Positions 8,349 to 15,037 of a stretch of 16,821 nt of DNA are shown piece by piece. The stretch is from a virus (taxonomy: Duplodnaviria; Heunggongvirae; Uroviricota; Caudoviricetes), in IMG/VR virus record IMGVR_UViG_2671180758_000023; one strand, written 5' to 3'. The notes beneath the pieces were generated by a model. That model had not been told where the DNA came from. It made no database searches and saw only the letters and a program-made list of their open reading frames with translations. Numbering within the stretch: position 1 is the stretch's first letter; each line of letters opens with the position of its first letter. A program made the translations under genes and the position numbers.

Positions 8349-8377
8349 AAAACACTAAAGGGGCTTTTAAGCCCCTT
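8345..8377 (-). terminator. Intrinsic terminator/attenuator hairpin between the major capsid and protease genes
   Basis: Dyad aaggggctt/aagcccctt (8358-8377) followed in the minus-strand direction by a GTTTTAT U-tract. Placement immediately after a capsid gene is common for stoichiometry control. Confidence 0.45.
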
Positions 8378-8387
8378 CTGTATGCTG

Positions 8388-9545
8388 TTAATCGTCGTCC
8401 TGTGGCAGTTCCAGAATCTTGATCGCGTTCGAATCCACCACGCCACCGCCTAAATATTTCTGCGTGAAAATTTTGATGAAGCCCGGCTCTGTGAGGTTGT
8501 CCGGTCTGGTGCGAACACCTGTTTCGTGATCAACAATGTAGTAACCGCGTTTGAAGTCACCCAGGGCAATAACGTTATCAGGCATAAACTCCAGATATTC
8601 GACCGGAAGGCCCAGCAACGTATCAGGATCACCCGCCTGTAAACGGTCGCGCCAGATGTAATCACCGTTCGCGTTCTTCACCTTCTGAAGTTTTGCCGCC
8701 GTCGTGGAGTTAACCACCCAGACCGCGTTTTTGCGGTATTTTTTACGTAATGCAAATTTCAGGTCGATCAGCGGGTCCGCAGATGTCCACGCCAGAGATT
8801 CGGAAGGTTTAATTACCTGCAACGTACCAAAATCACGCTCTTTGTCGTTCTTCTCTGCACGGGGTACGGATAAAAAACCTTTTGCTTTTTTGTCACCGTC
8901 GCCCACAACCAGATCGCTTTCTTCGGTTTCCGTGAAGGTGTCGCCAATCTCACCCGTCAGCCATGAAAGGATGTCCACATCGGAAAAATCCACGATTTCC
9001 TGTGTGGTGCGCGGGTACGCATAGACCGGATACAGCTTAATGCTCACCTCGTTAATCTGCGGGGTGCTGGTCTGTTCGCGTGTCTTACCCTCTTCACCGT
9101 GGTTAACGGTCGCACCGCCAGCGGAAACAAGCTGCTTAAACTCGTTGCTGCTGATTTTCTTCACGGTACAGATGCGGCGCATGGTGGATTCATCCGTCAG
9201 CATTCGCATGATTTCGGTGTTCAGTTCGGGGATAACGGTATAACCACCATCAGCGGGAACGCCTGTACTTAATGCGCGGGTTTCACCTGTCAGAATGTAG
9301 TTGCGTAGTTCTGCGGGGTCAGTGGTCTGGCTGCTTTTACCTGGCTTGCTGCGCTCTTCGTCTGCAATGGCTTCAAGGCGGGAAATGTCTTTATCGAGGG
9401 ATTCAGCTTTAGCGCGTAATTCGTCAAATTTTGCGCCCTCAGCATCGTTAAGACTGCGGTTTTCTTTTTCCGCGTTCTCCAGCATGTCGCGCATCTGATT
9501 TTTAATGGCGGTTTTCTGCTGGCGTAATTCGATTATTCTCGGCAT
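8388..9545 (-). CDS. Major capsid protein, HK97 fold (385 aa from ATG 9545; ORF track extends to a GTG at 9593)
   Basis: N-terminal coiled-coil delta/scaffold-like domain (IELRQQKTAIKNQMRDMLENAEKENRSL...) followed by a typical HK97 MCP body. AGGA 8 nt before ATG 9545. Confidence 0.9.
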   Translation of the reverse strand: MPRIIELRQQKTAIKNQMRDMLENAEKENRSLNDAEGAKFDELRAKAESLDKDISRLEAIADEERSKPGKSSQTTDPAELRNYILTGETRALSTGVPADGGYTVIPELNTEIMRMLTDESTMRRICTVKKISSNEFKQLVSAGGATVNHGEEGKTREQTSTPQINEVSIKLYPVYAYPRTTQEIVDFSDVDILSWLTGEIGDTFTETEESDLVVGDGDKKAKGFLSVPRAEKNDKERDFGTLQVIKPSESLAWTSADPLIDLKFALRKKYRKNAVWVVNSTTAAKLQKVKNANGDYIWRDRLQAGDPDTLLGLPVEYLEFMPDNVIALGDFKRGYYIVDHETGVRTRPDNLTEPGFIKIFTQKYLGGGVVDSNAIKILELPQDDD

Positions 9546-9634
9546 AAAAAAAGTCCTGGGGTTAAGTAAGGAACTCCAGGACGCGGCAAACACTCAACCG
9601 TTTTTCATAAGGAAATCAGTAATCGCACCGATCG

Positions 9635-9684
9635 TTTTCCCGCCTGGTAATGAATATTGGCGAGCACATTAACAGGCGGGAAAA
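9635..9684. promoter_or_regulatory. Large imperfect inverted repeat (18-14-18: ttttcccgcctggtaatg ... cattaacaggcgggaaaa) in the capsid-operon leader
   Basis: Read directly; the arms match at 17 of 18 positions. Lies 90-140 nt upstream of the capsid ATG on the transcribed strand. No adjacent U-tract, so more likely an operator or leader structure than a terminator. Confidence 0.4.
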
Positions 9685-9689
9685 TGGCC

Positions 9690-9800
9690 CCAGCGTCCTG
9701 GCACCACGGGCGAGAATAATCATGATTCAGGTCGGGTAAAATATGCCGTTCCGGTCAGCGAGCAACGTGGAACAACCACGAACAAATAATTTACAAAACA
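9690..9800 (-). promoter_or_regulatory. Candidate late (capsid-operon) promoter region containing the 13-bp motif CAACGTGGAACAA (9763-9775) and TTGCTC-N16-TATTTT on the minus strand
   Basis: Only sizeable non-coding gap upstream of the head operon. The motif is repeated at 1588-1600 with conserved flanking ACCGRAACGG. Promoter hexamers are a by-eye match. Confidence 0.35.
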
Positions 9801-9826
9801 TGACAAAAAGCCGGATTGCTCCGGCT
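9801..9826 (-). terminator. Rho-independent terminator after the PerC-like gene (hairpin agccgga-ttgc-tccggct followed by a U-run on the minus strand)
   Basis: 7-bp GC-rich stem with 4-nt loop at 9809-9826. Five A on the plus strand (9805-9809) equal a U-run 3' of the hairpin on the minus strand. 7 nt after the stop at 9833. Confidence 0.6.
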
Positions 9827-9832
9827 GTGTGA

Positions 9833-10105
9833 TTATCTGTCCTGGTAATTTCGCCATATTTCATCGCTTACACCATCTATACCCATTTCAGCATAAGTGC
9901 GATCTACTGCCTTTCTCAGGTCTCCGAAGTTATCCGGCGGCTCCGGTGGCTTCTGTGCCTTCCTGGAACATTCCAGCCGTCGCATCGTAACCTGATGCCG
10001 TTCCTTGTCTGTCTCCACCAGCAGCATGACTTCACCCCATCGCGCCGCCGCCCTCCGGTAAAAGCCTTTCGCCTCGAGTTCTTCCGCTATGCGGTCATGT
10101 ACCAT
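9833..10105 (-). CDS. PerC-family transcriptional activator-like protein (90 aa from ATG 10105; ORF track extends to a GTG at 10225)
   Basis: MVHDRIAEELEAKGFYRRAAARWGEV and C-terminal MGIDGV motif. GAGGGGG RBS 5 nt before ATG 10105. Last gene of the early/replication operon before the terminator. Confidence 0.6.
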   Translation of the reverse strand: MVHDRIAEELEAKGFYRRAAARWGEVMLLVETDKERHQVTMRRLECSRKAQKPPEPPDNFGDLRKAVDRTYAEMGIDGVSDEIWRNYQDR

Positions 10106-10115
10106 CGCCACCCCC

Positions 10116-10526
10116 TCAGAACGGAATACCGTCACCGTAAGGGTCATCGCCTCCCGCTGGTGGCTGATTACCCTGTGTGCCTGTGGTTTTGCGTCTGTTC
10201 CCGCCAGGACGTGCCGCACGGGCACTGATTACGCTGTCTGCAATAACCTGATAACCCTGCCGCGTTTCCCCGTTCTGTCCGGTCCACTGGCTGACCTGCA
10301 TCGTGCCGGATACGCTGGCAACGTCGCCTTTTTGATGTTTAGCCAGGAAGTCGGCCTGCTTACCAAATGCGATGACCGATAGCCATAACGTAGCCTGCCC
10401 ATCCTGCGCCTGACTACATGGCAACGATACCGCCATACGTGCCAGCGTCATTGGTGTGCCCTTGCTGGTCTGTTTTACCTGCGGGTCGTCCACCAGCCGC
10501 CCGTAAGCTGCTATCTGTGCTGTCAT
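10116..10526 (-). CDS. ssb: Single-stranded DNA-binding protein (136 aa)
   Basis: OB-fold-like N-terminal region, Gly/Gln-rich linker and C-terminal acidic tail ending DDPYGDGIPF (SSB DDDIPF-type tip). Strong RBS GGAGAGGTGG. ATGA overlap with the upstream ORF. Confidence 0.8.
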   Translation of the reverse strand: MTAQIAAYGRLVDDPQVKQTSKGTPMTLARMAVSLPCSQAQDGQATLWLSVIAFGKQADFLAKHQKGDVASVSGTMQVSQWTGQNGETRQGYQVIADSVISARAARPGGNRRKTTGTQGNQPPAGGDDPYGDGIPF

Positions 10527-10774
10527 GATTCCACCTCTCCGGTTTTAACGTTGATGGTTGTCACCTGTTCAGCTTCCGCAATCTCCCGCTCTGTCAGCGT
10601 GGCAAAATTTGCCGCCGTCGTGGTCATGAATGCGCTTATCAGTTCGGGATGTGCTTTCGCGTATCCTTCCCCCGCGTGGCGGTCTATCGTTCTGATTGCC
10701 ACCTTTAAGGCGTGCTCTGTCATGTCTAACGCTTTATATTTTGGCTCTGTTCTGTCTCTGTGTTTTTGAGTCAT
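10523..10774 (-). CDS. Hypothetical small protein (83 aa from ATG 10774; ORF track extends to a GTG at 10906)
   Basis: GAGGTGGG RBS before ATG 10774. The ORF portion upstream of 10774 coincides with the iteron array, so it is probably non-coding. Confidence 0.45.
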   Translation of the reverse strand: MTQKHRDRTEPKYKALDMTEHALKVAIRTIDRHAGEGYAKAHPELISAFMTTTAANFATLTEREIAEAEQVTTINVKTGEVES

Positions 10775-10777
10775 TTG

Positions 10778-10985
10778 CCCACCTCTACCCACTTTTTTCG
10801 CCCACTTTTTACGTTTTCCCACTTCGTCCAACGTGGGAAATTTGGGATTTATATCATCTTGTTTCATAGGTATTTTTTTAGTGCCCACTTTTTGGGATAT
10901 ATACACGTGGGAAAGTGGGTAATTTTGTTAAAATTCCGTTAAATCGCCCACCTTTCCCACTTTTAATGCCCACTTTTTACAGTGG
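10778..10985. repeat. Iteron array (about 10 copies of CCCACTT(TT), both orientations) flanking an AT-rich core; candidate replication origin
   Basis: Copies at 10778, 10788, 10801, 10818, 10884, 10947, 10956 and 10969, with inverted copies at 10833-10838 and 10907-10919. AT-rich spacer at 10838-10883. Immediately 3' of the replication ATPase gene, as in PICI/SaPI origins. Confidence 0.55.
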
Positions 10986-12377
10986 TCCTACATCATCACC
11001 GTCAATGTAGATCACGTCGTCTTTTTCCAGTTTGGCTAACCATCGTTTAAGGTGTTTTGTGTCATACCCCAGCTTTTTCATATCGTCACGTAACAGCGGG
11101 ATCGTGCACTTGTCGCCGTGCTGTGTGCGTGAACGTATGCATCCCCATAGCGCGGTATGGTTTTCCGTCTTGTTCCCTGCCTCCTCGATGCGCTCCAGTT
11201 CAACAGGAGGGCGCGGATCATCCACCACCACCAGCGACGTGATTAATTCACCGTCAGCGTCGGTAAAAAGCTCCACCACGCGTAAGTCATATGCGGCTTC
11301 TTTGAGTTCCTCCGCGTCCTTCATTTTGGTGCATGAGATAACCAGCGCTTCGCTTCCTGCGTCCTCCCTGCGTATCCGGTATTCAGCATCCAGCGAAGCA
11401 CGAAATGCACTGGAACCGCGCGCGCCTTTCGTCTCATCCTTGCCGGAATGGTGAACCACCAGCACCGTGGCCCCTGTGCGTCGTTTCAGTTCGTCACAAC
11501 CACGGATAAACGCCCCCATATCACGGGAATCATTTTCATCATTCCCACCAAAGCAACGCGCCAGCGTATCCAGAATAATCATGCGTACAGGTTTACCCGT
11601 TTCCCGCTCCACCTGACGGGCAGCGATAACCATTTCATCAACATCAAGCGGGGCAGCCGGAAAGATGGGGCGGTTTACCAGATACAGATTTTTCACCTGC
11701 TCATCGTGCACAACCTCCCAGGCTTTTACACGACGCGGAACACCTATACCGCCTTCACCAACCACATAGAGAACCGCACCATGTGCAACCCTGCGGCCTC
11801 CCCACTGGCGACCAGTGGCAACATGGCACGCCCACGATCCGGCAAGGAATGATTTATAGGACCCGCTAGCCCCGTATATGCTGCATAGCGATACCGCCGG
11901 AATAATCCCCTTAACCACGTAATCCAGTTGCGTGTCGTATCCGGTAGATCCAACGCTCATCGGTAGCGTGGTTTTTCGCTGGTGGTTTTTTTCTTCCGCC
12001 GGCTCTTTCCCGCGCACCCGTTCCAGGTATTCGCGCCAGTTCTCCCGCATATGGCTGTGCATCCCTTCGGGGTAATAATTCGCATCAGTTACACCCGCCG
12101 CCGCCAGCTTGTGCGCAATGGCATTAATATTTGATGGCCTGATGTGGCCTGCCTTGTACAGCCGGACACAATAGCGCCCCTCGTCGATGATTCTCAGGTC
12201 TGCCAGTTCATCCAGTTGATCATCAGCCAGCACAACGGGAGGCACATTATCGCCAGCCAGTCGCCCGTCCTGTTCCTGCCACTGTTTCGCATGTGCCCAG
12301 GCATCACTACCCGCAAAAATAATGACTTCGGTCATCTTGTCGTAAGGCTGTTTTTTTAAGTTCGGTGCGCTTTTCAT
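10977..12377 (-). CDS. Replication protein, RecA-fold ATPase (RepA/AAA_25-like helicase, pri-rep analogue), 466 aa
   Basis: Walker A-like YGASGSYKS, Walker B-like VRMIILDTLARCF, and VLVVHHSGKD motif typical of RepA-like helicase ATPases. Unassigned N-terminal domain and a C-terminal winged-helix-like tail. A canonical primase domain is not evident by eye. Confidence 0.8.
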   Translation of the reverse strand: MKSAPNLKKQPYDKMTEVIIFAGSDAWAHAKQWQEQDGRLAGDNVPPVVLADDQLDELADLRIIDEGRYCVRLYKAGHIRPSNINAIAHKLAAAGVTDANYYPEGMHSHMRENWREYLERVRGKEPAEEKNHQRKTTLPMSVGSTGYDTQLDYVVKGIIPAVSLCSIYGASGSYKSFLAGSWACHVATGRQWGGRRVAHGAVLYVVGEGGIGVPRRVKAWEVVHDEQVKNLYLVNRPIFPAAPLDVDEMVIAARQVERETGKPVRMIILDTLARCFGGNDENDSRDMGAFIRGCDELKRRTGATVLVVHHSGKDETKGARGSSAFRASLDAEYRIRREDAGSEALVISCTKMKDAEELKEAAYDLRVVELFTDADGELITSLVVVDDPRPPVELERIEEAGNKTENHTALWGCIRSRTQHGDKCTIPLLRDDMKKLGYDTKHLKRWLAKLEKDDVIYIDGDDVGPL

Positions 12378-12673
12378 TTCTTGCCCCTGAATCCGTTAAT
12401 CATGGTTTTCAGCTTCTGGATGTTTGCCCGTGCCCTGGCGTTGCTGGTGGGCACGTTATGCGGCGCGGTCTGTACCAGAGAAAAATCACGCCGGAACTGA
12501 TAAACAGGCATCACGCAATCATATTCGTAACCTTCACGGCGGTAAGTTACGCACCGTCCCGCCACGCCCTTAATCATTACCGTGCCGCCGTACTGGTCGC
12601 GGTAAATATCACCGCGCGTAAATTTAGGGTGAGTGTTGCCACTGGCAGTTAAGCCAGAATATTTAAGTTTCAT
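12374..12673 (-). CDS. Hypothetical protein (99 aa)
   Basis: ATG with GGAGA RBS. ATGA overlap with the replication gene start. No family recognised. Confidence 0.5.
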   Translation of the reverse strand: MKLKYSGLTASGNTHPKFTRGDIYRDQYGGTVMIKGVAGRCVTYRREGYEYDCVMPVYQFRRDFSLVQTAPHNVPTSNARARANIQKLKTMINGFRGKK

Positions 12674-12678
12674 TATTT

Positions 12679-12912
12679 TTATTCTCCGGTGTGCTGTTCT
12701 TTATATCTGTCGTGCAATAGATCTATTTCTTGCAGTTCCATTATTACAGGCTCAAGAAGCGTTATTAATGCCGTGGCAATTCTTGATTTTTGTTTGTCGC
12801 GTTCATTGTCGCCAAGTGTTTCAAGCCATATGCGCAATATTTCCAGCATGTTTTCACTGTGAGAAAGTGCAAGAAATGCGCGGTCTATTGTTTGGTGGTA
12901 AATATCACGCAT
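12679..12912 (-). CDS. Hypothetical protein (77 aa)
   Basis: ATG 12912 with GAGGA RBS. 5-nt gap to the next gene. No family recognised. Confidence 0.5.
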   Translation of the reverse strand: MRDIYHQTIDRAFLALSHSENMLEILRIWLETLGDNERDKQKSRIATALITLLEPVIMELQEIDLLHDRYKEQHTGE

Positions 12913-13369
12913 GGCTTACATCCTCAGGAAATTTTCTTCTATAACGCGCCTCTGCCACATATTCCGCATAATCGGCGGCGATATTCAGTACATCAAGCCC
13001 CGTTGATTTATATTCTCTCGTGGAAAGTAAGAAAAAAGCCGCTCTAATAAGTTCTGGCATTGACGAAAGCGCATCAGCCGCATCATCAGGAACGCCGGAA
13101 AATTCCTGTTTCAGGGAATTAAAACGATCATCACGCATAACCCCCCCATTTTCACAATCAGCAATCAGGATAGCTTTGGCCTCATTCAGCGCCGTATCAG
13201 CACTAAATTGCATGACAGCCAGTGAGTGAGGAACGAAAGCACCGGCATATTCTGTTTCGCTGGTGGCGTGCTTATGTGCCCTGTCCGCGATAACAGAAAT
13301 ATCAATCAGCGCGTGCATCAGCGTTTTGATGGCTTCGGCGGCTGCGTCCGGTGTGGTTTTATTGTGCAT
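12905..13369 (-). CDS. Hypothetical protein (154 aa)
   Basis: ATG 13369 with AGGGGA RBS. Acidic, helical-looking. Overlaps neighbours by a few nt. No family recognised. Confidence 0.55.
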   Translation of the reverse strand: MHNKTTPDAAAEAIKTLMHALIDISVIADRAHKHATSETEYAGAFVPHSLAVMQFSADTALNEAKAILIADCENGGVMRDDRFNSLKQEFSGVPDDAADALSSMPELIRAAFFLLSTREYKSTGLDVLNIAADYAEYVAEARYRRKFPEDVSHA

Positions 13370-13571
13370 AAAGCATCCCCTGAATATTCGTGTTAATCAT
13401 TCCGGCACGTTTTGTGATTTCCTGTAATGATTCCCTTGTGGCGACAATTGCTTCATCTGGTAAGTGGTAATTACACACCACGCGACCTTTATCCACATTG
13501 ACCAGTAGCTGCCCTGTGAATTTCTCACGAAACTGAATGCGGTTAAGGTCAGTAAGTGACAGATTAATCAT
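13359..13571 (-). CDS. Hypothetical protein (70 aa)
   Basis: ORF in the coupled operon; overlaps the upstream gene by 8 nt. No family recognised. Confidence 0.5.
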   Translation of the reverse strand: MINLSLTDLNRIQFREKFTGQLLVNVDKGRVVCNYHLPDEAIVATRESLQEITKRAGMINTNIQGMLYAQ

Positions 13572-13767
13572 GGCGCACCTCCTGACGAATACGGGCAGCG
13601 AATACCATCACGCAGCCAGCCGGAGATTGCTGGCGTGCTTCCTGTTCGCTGGTGGCCTCAATGGTAATCACGCGCGGTTGTGCCGTGCTCAGGGCGATAA
13701 AACGCCAGATGTATTTATTCAGGTTGTGCGAGTCCCGCCCTTGCGGGTGTGTGGTATTATTTCTCAT
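13564..13767 (-). CDS. Small protein (67 aa) resembling Icd-like (host cell division inhibitor-like) proteins of P4-family elements
   Basis: GAGG RBS 5 nt before ATG 13767. Motifs YIWRF, IEATSEQEAR and FAARIRQEV recall P4-family Icd-like proteins (from memory, not searched). First gene after the divergent promoter region. Confidence 0.45.
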   Translation of the reverse strand: MRNNTTHPQGRDSHNLNKYIWRFIALSTAQPRVITIEATSEQEARQQSPAGCVMVFAARIRQEVRHD

Positions 13768-13802
13768 AGCTACCTCGATACTCTCGTTATCGTTGGTGGT
13801 TA

Positions 13803-13837
13803 GAAGCCCCGTTACTGCTCCAACAGTGCGGGGCTTC
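13803..13837 (-). ncRNA. Leader stem-loop (gaagccccg ... cggggcttc, 9-bp stem, 17-nt loop) in the 5' UTR of the early operon
   Basis: Dyad read directly. Lies between the predicted minus-strand promoter and the Icd-like start codon. Not followed by a U-run. Confidence 0.3.
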
Positions 13838-13874
13838 GTCGTTTCAATTGCTGAATTGCATGTATCAGCACTTG

Positions 13875-13929
13875 TGGTATTCACATTACATTTAGGTGAA
13901 TACCATTTCAAGTCTTTTTTGGTATTCAC
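13875..13929. promoter_or_regulatory. Operator array in the divergent switch region: three copies of TGGTATTCAC (two form a 10-11-10 palindrome), overlapping back-to-back promoters
   Basis: Copies at 13875-13884, 13896-13905 (inverted) and 13920-13929. Minus-strand promoter candidate TTGAAA (13906-13911), 17-bp spacer, TAATGT (13883-13888) overlaps copies 1 and 2. Plus-strand -10 candidate TATTAC (13935-13940) lies just after copy 3. Confidence 0.45.
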
Positions 13930-13972
13930 TTTTGTATTACACTGCATCCCGTTATTAATGGGAGGTGCAAAC

Positions 13973-14278
13973 ATGTCCAGGAGTTCTGTTAACAATAAGT
14001 CACAGCAACTGAATGCCAGATTTCCACATGAAGTAGTGAGTGGCATTGAGGCATCCCTACAGCCAGGGGAAACTAAAGCGAATTTTATAGTTACGGCTGT
14101 ACGCGGTGAGATCGCCCGGCGCCAGGCAGAAGGAAGTGGAGAAAATCCCCTGGTTTCTTCGCTCGATGCACTGGCGCAGGTGGAAAAACTCGGAATCAAA
14201 GCCGCCGAGGAGATCGGGCAGCTCGTCACTGTCGCACGTGAAGAACTCCAGCGCCGCAAGACCAAAGAACCAGAGTAA
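13973..14278 (+). CDS. Ribbon-helix-helix-like DNA-binding protein (101 aa); candidate repressor/regulator of the switch
   Basis: Strong RBS GGGAGGTG 5 nt before ATG 13973. N-terminal beta-strand-helix-helix pattern (LNARFPHEVVSGIEASL...ANFIVTAVRGEIARRQ). Divergent from the early operon. Followed by a clear intrinsic terminator. Confidence 0.6.
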   Translation: MSRSSVNNKSQQLNARFPHEVVSGIEASLQPGETKANFIVTAVRGEIARRQAEGSGENPLVSSLDALAQVEKLGIKAAEEIGQLVTVAREELQRRKTKEPE

Positions 14279-14335
14279 TCACCATCAGCGCCGTGGTGTA
14301 AGGTATTACGGCGCATTGCTATGCAGGACAACACA

Positions 14336-14509
14336 ATGACCGATAAAGAATTGACCAAAACATTATCACCGGCACGGAAAAGACGGCGCAGAAAGATAGA
14401 GCATGAATCAGAAAGATTCGCGCCATGTGCTTTTGCCCTTGAGCAATTCCTTAAAGAGTACAGGGAAAAGCGCTCATTGCAGGTATGGCAACGAACTGAA
14501 CCAGACTGA
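14336..14509 (+). CDS. Hypothetical small basic protein (57 aa)
   Basis: AGGA 8 nt before ATG 14336. Basic patch RKRRRRK. Same transcription unit as the RHH gene, ending before the terminator at 14589. Confidence 0.4.
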   Translation: MTDKELTKTLSPARKRRRRKIEHESERFAPCAFALEQFLKEYREKRSLQVWQRTEPD

Positions 14510-14588
14510 TTGCATTGCCCACCAGCCGCAAATGTGGCATTGTTGGCAATGCTCATGCGTTGGGGATAACGTGTAGCTTGTGTCGAGG

Positions 14589-14617
14589 GGCCACCGTAGC
14601 GGGTGGCCTTTGTTTTG
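14589..14617 (+). terminator. Rho-independent terminator (ggccacc-gtagcg-ggtggcc followed by TTTGTTTTG)
   Basis: Perfect 7-bp GC-rich stem, 6-nt loop and U-run, about 80 nt after the stop of the plus-strand operon. Confidence 0.7.
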
Positions 14618-14985
14618 CCCGTTATTCGGCAATTGTGGCGCTTCTCCACATGGTTGATATAATCCCACTGCTCAGATTCATTTTTTGCGCAGTAGGTTAA
14701 TTGTTCACAAAGGCGCTCCGGCAACGGGGCGCTTTTTGTTTTTATTAGTTTGTAGAAACCTGACTCAGAGATAATGCTCATATTCTGATTGCCGTCAGGG
14801 GTGTAAGTTAAATTTACTCCCTTTTTATCATCAAACATCTGCAACGCTCTGGCGTTAACAATATTGGTTTCACTCCCGCCAGTAAGGCCGGAAATAACCG
14901 GAATAATTTCGGCAAAATTTTGCAGATTCTGTTTTTCAGGACGAACGAAGCCCCGCCCTTGTTCGGGAGAATATCCAGTATTCAT
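14618..14985 (-). pseudogene. Bro-N-like antirepressor N-terminal domain, probably a gene remnant (no in-frame stop before running antisense through the plus-strand operon)
   Basis: Residues DDKKGVNLTYTPDGNQNMSIISESGFYKLIKTKSAPLPERL align to the Bro-N pattern (DEDEKGV...GG.Q...IISE.GLY.LI..S..P.A..F). Weak RBS. The frame stays open for 473 codons to 13564, but the middle section is Ser/Cys/Arg-rich antisense of a well-supported plus-strand gene. Confidence 0.3.
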
Positions 14986-15037
14986 GGTTAGATCTCTGTA
15001 TTAGTGGATGGGTGGCGGCTGTGTGCCGCCAGCCTGA

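Noticed and set aside
8704-9498. Plus-strand ORFs (8704-9024, 9040-9243, 9301-9498) within the major capsid gene
   Set aside because: Antisense to a confidently identified capsid gene; Ser-rich; no RBS.
10778-10985. CRISPR array as an explanation for the short tandem repeats here and at 15511-15570
   Set aside because: Repeat units are only 7-10 bp, contiguous or irregularly spaced, with no unique spacers of 26-40 bp and no cas genes. Consistent with iterons or binding-site arrays instead.
11032-12359. Plus-strand ORFs inside the replication ATPase gene (11032-11454, 11448-11852, 12144-12359)
   Set aside because: Antisense shadows of a gene with clear Walker motifs; no translation signals.
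13564-14985. 473-aa minus-strand ORF as a single real protein
   Set aside because: The central 230 or so codons have antisense-like composition (Ser/Cys/Arg-rich) and run through a strongly supported plus-strand operon and its terminator. The two ends look like separate genes.
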